Of a stretch of DNA of 64,000 nt, positions 57,964-64,000 are shown piece by piece. Under the pieces are notes generated by a model. The model did not search any database. It saw only the letters and a program-made list of their open reading frames with translations, and was not told where the DNA came from. This stretch comes from an uncultured Dehalococcoidia bacterium (lineage in GTDB: Bacteria; Chloroflexota; Dehalococcoidia; SZUA-161): positions 6,221-70,220 of the forward strand of contig CAZGDV010000001.1 of NCBI GenBank assembly GCA_964524995.1, written 5' to 3'. The position numbers and the translations under genes are program-made. How positions within the stretch are numbered: position 1 is the stretch's first letter; every line of letters begins with the position of its first letter.

Positions 57964-59064
57964 ATGAACGATGAATCCCTAAGACCGAGGCCAACTGAAC
58001 ACCGGGCGACTCACCGTCTGGATGGCCCGATCACCATCGACAGCGTGGAGCGTTACGCACACGGCCTGAGATGGAAGCTGGGGATCAGTACAAACCCTTG
58101 CGTCCAAGCGAGAAGAAACACACGATGCGTCTACTGTGGCTTCCGTAACCACCACAACCCCGTTCCACCCGACGATGTCGGCCACGTCCTCCGCAGAGCG
58201 CTCGAGAGCCGTGATCTGCGCGCAGTGCGTAGACTGGAGCTGTACGTGTCGGGCAGCTTCTTCGACGAGCATGAGGTGTCCGAGCAGTCCACGGATTTGA
58301 TCGCTCAACTTATCGCGGGCAGCACCGTGAATGAAGTCGTACTGGAATCAAGGCCGGAGTTCGTCACTGAAGACCGACTAAGGGCACTCGCACAGCGCTT
58401 GGACCCCAGCCGGGTAATAGTCGCCGTCGGCGTGGAGACAATGGACGACGAGCTTCGCTCCAGGCTGTCCAAGAACTTCAGTACAGACGATGTAGTCAGA
58501 AGTATCGAGGCCGTTGCCCAGGCCGGCATGGGATTCCAGGCCTACCTGCTCCTGAACCCGCCCCTCATCAACGACGACCGGTCTGCGATAGTCGACGTGT
58601 TGACCAGCTCCAGGAGAATCCTGCGTCTCACGTCGAGGCTTCAGTGCAAGACCATCCTGGCTGTCCAACCCTACTTCGTCGCCAAGGAGTCGGCGATAGC
58701 AGAGCGCTTGTCCGCGGAGCCGCCTCCCAGGCCTCCATGGCTGTACACTATTGCGCTGGTTCTGGGGCTGTTGGATGCGATCAGGGGAGAGTGGGTACCG
58801 CCTTTCCAAATCATCCTCGGTAATGAAGTAGACAACGTCGATACCCTGCGCATTCCGGCGAACTACGCCGCCGATGGTGGTGTGTGCGATTGCAGCGATG
58901 GAATCCGGCAACTACTGCGAGAAGTAAATATCTCGCGTGATACAATGCGCGAGCGAGTCCAGCAAGTGCTGGCGGCACCCTGCGAGTGCAGGGAGGCATG
59001 GGAACAGCAGATCGTTGCGGGTGTGTGTGAGTTTGCTTCCACTATACCCGACACGCCCTGGTAG
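57964..59064 (+). CDS. radical SAM-like protein with unusual CX8CX2C spacing
   Basis: ATG 57964 (avoids overlap with the UbiA gene); NPCVQARRNTRCVYCGF cluster motif; downstream LYVSGSFFDE / VGVETMDDELR segments consistent with a radical-SAM TIM barrel; Cys-rich C-terminus (CDCSDG, CECREAWEQQIVAGVCEF). Confidence 0.6.
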   Translation: MNDESLRPRPTEHRATHRLDGPITIDSVERYAHGLRWKLGISTNPCVQARRNTRCVYCGFRNHHNPVPPDDVGHVLRRALESRDLRAVRRLELYVSGSFFDEHEVSEQSTDLIAQLIAGSTVNEVVLESRPEFVTEDRLRALAQRLDPSRVIVAVGVETMDDELRSRLSKNFSTDDVVRSIEAVAQAGMGFQAYLLLNPPLINDDRSAIVDVLTSSRRILRLTSRLQCKTILAVQPYFVAKESAIAERLSAEPPPRPPWLYTIALVLGLLDAIRGEWVPPFQIILGNEVDNVDTLRIPANYAADGGVCDCSDGIRQLLREVNISRDTMRERVQQVLAAPCECREAWEQQIVAGVCEFASTIPDTPW

Positions 59065-59131
59065 CCAACGAATCCACCGGCATGCTTCTGGTTAGGCGGC
59101 CAGCTGCCAGCGTGGACCGAGAGGAGCCCTA

Positions 59132-60307
59132 ATGTCGCAGCGTTATCTCAACCTGAAAGCATACCACCAGTCGGATCTCTTCCATCCCGTCACCAAGGAC
59201 GAGATAGGTTTCGATAGACTATCCAACGTGCTCCCGCCATCGCTGGCCAGTCTGGAGTTGTCCAAGGACAAGCAGGTTGATATCCCCGAGACCGTCCGCA
59301 GCATCTACGCCAAGTACCGGCCCACTCCGCTCGTCAGAGCCAAAGGCTTCGAGAAAGCCATCGGCACGACATGTGAGGTCTATCTGAAGAACGAAGGCGC
59401 AGCCCCCACCGGCAACCACAAGGCGAACAGCGCCTACCTGATCGCCTACCTGTGTCGTAGCGACGGTGCGAAGTACATAGCCACGGAGACCACAGGCAAC
59501 TGGGGCATTGCCCTGGCAATGGCCGGCCGCGAATTGGGCATCAAGGTGGTCTGTTTCCTGGACGAGGAGAGTCACCTGGAGAGACCGGACCGCAAGCCGC
59601 TGATGGAGGGTCTGGGGGCCGAAGTGGTCGTCGTCAGCCCGCCGGACGACGACAAGCTGAGAGACCCGCTCACGATATCGGCTAATGCCGCCATAGACTT
59701 CGTCCGAAGCTCCAAGGACGCATACTACATCTTCGGCAGCGTCTACAATTACTTCATACTCCCCCAGTCGGTCGTCGGTCTGGAGATCAAGAGCCAGCTG
59801 GCTGAGTCGGGCAGATACCCGGACATAGTTGTAGGGACGTGCGGAGGCGGTGCCAGCCTGCTCGGAACAGCAGCCGTGTTCATCGCCGACATCCTGGACG
59901 AGGGCAGGCCAACCAGGATCGTCTCGGCCGAGGCAGAGACCTGCCCGATCCTGTCGGAGGGCAAAGTGGGGCTGTACTCGGTGGACGACAGGCAGCACTT
60001 CCCTCTGCTCAGAACCTACGGCATCGAGGGGCTCAAGGACGGCGACTACATAGGCGGGCTCGGGTCGACTGTACTAGCCAGCTCTGTATCGTTCTTCCAC
60101 TCGGAGGGCATGATCGAGGTGAACCGGTTCAACGCCCAGGAAGCCATGAGAGCGGCCAAGCTTCTGCACGAGAGCGAGGGGATGCTGGTTGCGCTCGAGA
60201 CCGGCTATACCGTGGCGGCGATAATGAAGCAGGCTCAGGAGAACGACAACAAGGTGATCGTAGCTAACGTCAGTTCCGGCGAGACAGACAAGCACTTCTA
60301 TGAATAG
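59132..60307 (+). CDS. PLP-dependent enzyme of the tryptophan-synthase-beta (fold-type II) superfamily, TrpB-like
   Basis: 391 aa; KNEGAAPTGNHKANSA (PLP-lysine motif, compare TrpB K.E..NPTGSHKIN) and ATETTGNWGIALAMAG (compare TrpB TGAGQHG); Gly-rich GTCGGGASLLG PLP-phosphate loop. Confidence 0.75.
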   Translation: MSQRYLNLKAYHQSDLFHPVTKDEIGFDRLSNVLPPSLASLELSKDKQVDIPETVRSIYAKYRPTPLVRAKGFEKAIGTTCEVYLKNEGAAPTGNHKANSAYLIAYLCRSDGAKYIATETTGNWGIALAMAGRELGIKVVCFLDEESHLERPDRKPLMEGLGAEVVVVSPPDDDKLRDPLTISANAAIDFVRSSKDAYYIFGSVYNYFILPQSVVGLEIKSQLAESGRYPDIVVGTCGGGASLLGTAAVFIADILDEGRPTRIVSAEAETCPILSEGKVGLYSVDDRQHFPLLRTYGIEGLKDGDYIGGLGSTVLASSVSFFHSEGMIEVNRFNAQEAMRAAKLLHESEGMLVALETGYTVAAIMKQAQENDNKVIVANVSSGETDKHFYE

Positions 60308-60316
60308 GCCATCATC

Positions 60317-61492
60317 ATGACGACTCCTTACGAAGACTATCTGCAGCAACTCGAACTCGACTTCGAAAGGCCCGACTGTCTCTCGAACAAGGTGAAGCTG
60401 TGCTCCTATCTGGTCTGCTGCGGGGCCACGGTGGAACTGGGCGGCTACGAACGCGACGACAAAGACCTGAGAACAGGCAACTCCGGCCTGCAACTCCTGG
60501 TCGGCCATCCGCAGCTGCGAGCTCTCATCCCCACAGCACACATGAACGACGAGAACCCGGTAATGATCAGGGGCAATGCGGGCGGGCAAGCGGTGCTAGA
60601 GTATGCTGGTATGTCATTCTTCCCCGTCGAAGTGCTCCCCGAGCAGAATACAGGCAACACCACCATCTCCGCCGAGTTCGACACCCTGATCACCGCCATA
60701 CCCAACGAGCCCTACGGTGTACGTAGCTGCCACTTCCACAAGCTGCAGAGTCCCTGCGCCTTCTGCGTACTCACCGAGAAGAGCATGCCCCTGGGCCCGC
60801 CCGACCTCGTCGCTGCCTACGACAAGGTCACAGCCGGATCGGGACGTGCCCCCCAGGTCCTGCTGACCGGCGGTACCGAGCCCAGCGCCGACCGAGGTCT
60901 CGCCAAGTATCTTCCATATGTGGTGGAACTACGGCGCGAGTTCCCCGATGCCCGAGTCGCCATCGAGGCCTCTCCCCCAGAGGACCCCTCGTCCCTCGAT
61001 CCACTGATCGAAGCAGGCATGGACACCTTCGCCGCGAATATCGAGTTCTACTCCGAGCAGACCAGGCGCGACCTGCTTCCGGCGAAATCGAGCATACCCC
61101 TCCACGCATACAGCAACGCCCTCAGCTACTGCAACAGGGCTGGCGTCAGGACATTCTCAGCAGTCATAGCCGGTCCGGAGGGCGATGCCGACACAATCCG
61201 CGCCGTCGAGTTCCTCGCGGACGCCGGAACTCCGACCAACTTCCTGTGCCTGCGCCCCTTCCCTGGTGCCGTACTTGCTGACAGCCCCAGGGTCAACCCC
61301 TCGTGGTACCTGCGCATGACATACGAGGCCAACGCCGTCATGGCACGCCACGGCCTGCTCGACGACCTTGCTGGGACGGCCGGGTGTGGCTCCTGCGGGG
61401 CCTGCTCCATGGAGATGAATCTATACCGGCTCGCTCAGCATCAGGATACCGCCAACGTGGCGGAGGAATGCCCTTGGGTAGCCACATCCTGA
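60317..61492 (+). CDS. radical SAM-like protein, second CX8CX2C member, with C-terminal CxxCxxC cluster
   Basis: 391 aa; RSCHFHKLQSPCAFCVL then LLTGGTEP (GGEP-type SAM-binding glycine motif), C-terminal GTAGCGSCGACS. Confidence 0.5.
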   Translation: MTTPYEDYLQQLELDFERPDCLSNKVKLCSYLVCCGATVELGGYERDDKDLRTGNSGLQLLVGHPQLRALIPTAHMNDENPVMIRGNAGGQAVLEYAGMSFFPVEVLPEQNTGNTTISAEFDTLITAIPNEPYGVRSCHFHKLQSPCAFCVLTEKSMPLGPPDLVAAYDKVTAGSGRAPQVLLTGGTEPSADRGLAKYLPYVVELRREFPDARVAIEASPPEDPSSLDPLIEAGMDTFAANIEFYSEQTRRDLLPAKSSIPLHAYSNALSYCNRAGVRTFSAVIAGPEGDADTIRAVEFLADAGTPTNFLCLRPFPGAVLADSPRVNPSWYLRMTYEANAVMARHGLLDDLAGTAGCGSCGACSMEMNLYRLAQHQDTANVAEECPWVATS

Positions 61493-61562
61493 TTGTGTGC
61501 TTTGATCGTATCACTTCGTGCTAATCCGGTCTCCCGCCACGGCGACATTCCGGAGTCAGAAG

Positions 61563-62897
61563 ATGAAGACCCTGGTCCTTGTGAATCCAGCACATCAGCT
61601 CAAGCCGAATCTGGCAACCATTCTCAGGCTGCCCTCGGCGAGCCTGGCCTACCTGGCTGCCCTTACACCGGCAGACTGGGAGATCAAGCTCATCGACGAG
61701 AACACCGAACCCCTGACATACGACGGTGCCGACCTGGTAGCCATCACGTCATACACGTGTAACGCTCCGAGAGGCTACGAGATATCTCAAGAGTACAGGC
61801 GTCGTGGTGTCAAGACCGTCATGGGCGGCGTCCACGTCTCACTCATGTCCTCCGAGGCTTCCGAATATGTGGATTCGGTGGCGATTGGAGAGGGTGAGTC
61901 AATCTGGGCACAGGTGATATCGGACTTCGAAAACGGTTCCCTCAAGCCCGTCTACCAGGGTGACCGCCTGTCCCTTGACAGCCTGCCCAGGCCCAACAGG
62001 ACCATCTACGGCAAGCGCTATCGTCTGGCCTCAGTCGAGACATCGCGCGGCTGCCCTAATGACTGCGAGTTCTGCTCCGTCACAACCTTCAACGGCCATA
62101 CCTACAGGCAGAGGCCCGTGGACGAAGTCCTCGCCGAACTCGAGGGCCTGACCGGCAAGTATTTCTTTTTCTCCGACGACAACATACTCGGCTACGGCCA
62201 CAAAGCAGAAGACAGGGCAATTCGCCTTTTCCGTGGCATGATCGACCGTGGGCTCAAGAAGCGATGGGCCGCGTATGTCGGCATCGACTTCGTCAACAAC
62301 CCCGAGGTAGTCGAGTACGCCAGGAAGGCCGGTTGCCTCGGGGTCTTCATCGGCTTCGAGTCCATCGATGAGGAGTCGCTGAAGGGCATGCACAAGGTGA
62401 GGAACCTGCGCATGGGTGTGGCCAGATACAAAGACGTCGTCAAGATACTGCATGGTCACGGAATAGGCGTGTTGGGCTCCTTCGTTCTCGGCAGCGACAC
62501 CGACGACAAGGACGTATTCGACAGGACCACCGAATTCGTTCTCGATTCGAGGATGGACGCCGCACAGTTCTCGATCCTGAACCCTTTCCCGGGAACGAGG
62601 CTATACGACCGGCTCATGCGCGAAGGCAGGCTCCTGCGAACGGACTACCCCTCTGACTGGAAGCACTATGACTTCACGGAGGCCCTTTTCCAACCCAGGA
62701 ACATGACTCCGGAGGAGCTGGAGGAGGGTGTGGCACGCATGTACAAGAACACCACGTCCCGCGCCACATCCGCGAAACGAGCACTTGTCTCCGCTATACA
62801 GACGCGCAGTCCCTTCGGTGCCGTCGTTGCATATCTCGGAAACCGGGGTGCGGGCGACTTATGGGAGAAGAGGTACGCGGGCAAGATCGGGTCCTGA
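61563..62897 (+). CDS. cobalamin-binding class B radical SAM enzyme (likely C-methyltransferase or cyclase type)
   Basis: ATG 61563 with GGAG RBS gives MKTLVLVNPA.. B12-binding Rossmann-like N-domain; canonical radical-SAM SRGCPNDCEFC; overall HpnP/BchE/GenK-like architecture. Confidence 0.8.
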   Translation: MKTLVLVNPAHQLKPNLATILRLPSASLAYLAALTPADWEIKLIDENTEPLTYDGADLVAITSYTCNAPRGYEISQEYRRRGVKTVMGGVHVSLMSSEASEYVDSVAIGEGESIWAQVISDFENGSLKPVYQGDRLSLDSLPRPNRTIYGKRYRLASVETSRGCPNDCEFCSVTTFNGHTYRQRPVDEVLAELEGLTGKYFFFSDDNILGYGHKAEDRAIRLFRGMIDRGLKKRWAAYVGIDFVNNPEVVEYARKAGCLGVFIGFESIDEESLKGMHKVRNLRMGVARYKDVVKILHGHGIGVLGSFVLGSDTDDKDVFDRTTEFVLDSRMDAAQFSILNPFPGTRLYDRLMREGRLLRTDYPSDWKHYDFTEALFQPRNMTPEELEEGVARMYKNTTSRATSAKRALVSAIQTRSPFGAVVAYLGNRGAGDLWEKRYAGKIGS

Positions 62898-62934
62898 CAC
62901 GAGCCACTTGCCGCGAGTGCTATACTCTGATCAA

Positions 62935-64000
62935 TGAGAGCGTACATACTACCGACGGACTTCACTATCGATCCATTCGGTGACCACCCCAGCGACTCCC
63001 TCATCGGAAACAGGGCCCTCCGCGACCTGCAGGCAGGCGTCCTGTACAGCCTGGGCATCCCTCTACAGCGAGCGGGCTCCCTATCAGAGGTAGAGCAAAG
63101 CGACGAGCGCCTGCTCATCACAGACAGCGTCTTCTTCAGCACAGAACTCGTTCGGGAGTTCATCGAGACCTCGCGGAAGCGCGGGCGAAGCACGGTTTGC
63201 GCCCTCAAACCGGGCTTGTTCACCCATCACAGCCTCGTCACAACCCAGAAGGTATCCGTCCACCCGGATCGGGTCGAATACGGCCTGCGCTATGATCCGG
63301 GGAGAGGTCGATCAGGCGAAGCCGAGCCGGTCGTGATCGATCCTGAGGGGTTCTCCCAACCCTTCCCAATGCCAGCCCATGTCCTCGGCGGAAGCGAACT
63401 CCGCATCCCTCTGACAACCAAGGCCATAGTCCAGCTCGACCACTGGGCCAACATCTGGGCTGCCAACATGGCCCTTCTGCTGGCCCGCCTCGCCAGGCTC
63501 CGAGTTGCGCCCAAGCCGAGGCTATTCACCCTGGTGCTCTGGGCACGTTCCCTCAACAAGTGGCGGTTGCTCACCAAGTGCAACTGCGTGGGTAGAGGAT
63601 GCGACATCCACCCCACAGCGTACGTCGAAGCCAGCAACATCGGCGACAATGTAATGATCGGCGCCGGGTCCGTCGTGAGAGCTTCCATCATCGGCAACGG
63701 CGTCAGCATCGGCAGTAACTCCACGGTTGAATGCTCCGTGATAGGCGACGGGTGTGCCATCGACTCGAACAGCGCCACTTTCTGCTCCGTCCTCTACCCG
63801 GGCACAGCCACTTCAACGAGGCAGATACTGGCCAGCCTCTGCGGCAGGGACACGTTCGTCGCGGATGGCGTGTTCCTCGCCGACTACCGTTTCGACGGCA
63901 GGACGGTAGCAGTGAATGTGAATGGGCGGATGGTCGATACGGGAAGCGTCGCGCTCGGCCCATGCTTGGGCCATGGTGTCTATCTGGGGGCTGGATGCGT
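62935..64000 (+). CDS. hexapeptide-repeat (left-handed beta-helix) transferase-family protein, 5' part (runs off right window edge)
   Basis: Open + frame from ATG 62935 to the window end. C-terminal half is clear [LIV]G-x-x-x-x hexapeptide repeats (IGDNVMIGAGSVVRASIIGNGVSIGSNSTVECSVIGDGCAIDSNS). Not in the ORF track because no stop lies within the window. Confidence 0.6.

Noticed and set aside
62666-63778. Minus-strand ORFs 62666-63223 and 63290-63778
   Set aside because: Antisense to a long open + frame that encodes clear hexapeptide repeats; their translations are low complexity.
1-64000. CRISPR arrays, rRNA genes, IS elements/transposases, integrases, prophage
   Set aside because: No regularly spaced direct repeats, no rRNA-like conserved stretches, and no ORF with DDE transposase, tyrosine/serine recombinase or phage structural signatures were seen on either strand.

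Overview
Most of this 64 kb window is ordinary core genome; the unusual content is concentrated in an island at 24.3-28.1 kb, an orphan glycyl-radical enzyme at 41.1-43.5 kb, two surface proteins at 44.1-47.0 kb, and a multi-radical-SAM biosynthetic locus at 52.7-64 kb. The DNA is high-GC (about 60%) and bacterial; the gene content (glycyl-radical enzyme, four radical-SAM enzymes, a plasmalogen-synthase-like fusion, a surface multiheme cytochrome) suggests an anaerobe. Left to right: (1) the conserved rpsB-tsf-pyrH-frr-uppS-cdsA-dxr cluster on the minus strand (dxr truncated by the window edge); (2) fmdB-like zinc-ribbon gene and dtd, the latter with an apparent single-base frameshift; (3) a nadA-nadB ... 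nadC NAD-biosynthesis block, also on the minus strand, interrupted by three redox genes (CrtI-like flavoprotein, flavodoxin/ferredoxin fusion, 5-heme c-type cytochrome lipoprotein); (4) pilT, recF, and a 1394-aa fusion of two BcrA/BadF/HgdC-type ATPase domains to HgdA/B-like dehydratase domains (plasmalogen-synthase PlsAR-like); (5) a 1.3 kb gene-poor spacer with a near-consensus promoter; (6) NUDIX and SMP-30/gluconolactonase genes, then a lower-GC island abutting the 3' end of a tRNA-Met(CAT) gene, carrying a secreted PEP-CTERM-like protein, an unknown membrane-anchored protein, an Abi_2/HEPN-like protein and a mazEF toxin-antitoxin pair, which I read as a defence island; (7) coaBC-coaX, polX, secA, prs, a P-loop kinase, a PlsY-like membrane protein and two tandem DegV (FakB-like) genes; (8) a membrane protein followed by an orphan glycyl-radical enzyme of the CVE-motif group with no activase nearby; (9) two adjacent secreted proteins that share a near-identical C-terminal module, also visible as a ~165 bp DNA repeat, ending in a hydrophobic helix plus RRR tail, which looks like a sorting signal; (10) an alpha/beta hydrolase, a cyclophilin-like protein, an SMR exporter, and an FGGY kinase / 2-hydroxyacid dehydrogenase / DUF362 block; (11) a candidate novel biosynthetic locus from 52.7 kb to the window end: sirtuin, Elp3-type radical SAM, CutA-cyclophilin-like fusion, IDI-2, UbiA-family prenyltransferase, two radical-SAM-like proteins with unusual CX8CX2C spacing, a TrpB-like PLP enzyme, a cobalamin-binding class-B radical SAM and a hexapeptide-repeat protein. 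No CRISPR array, rRNA, transposase or integrase was seen. All calls rest on reading the translated frames and motifs; no database searches were run.
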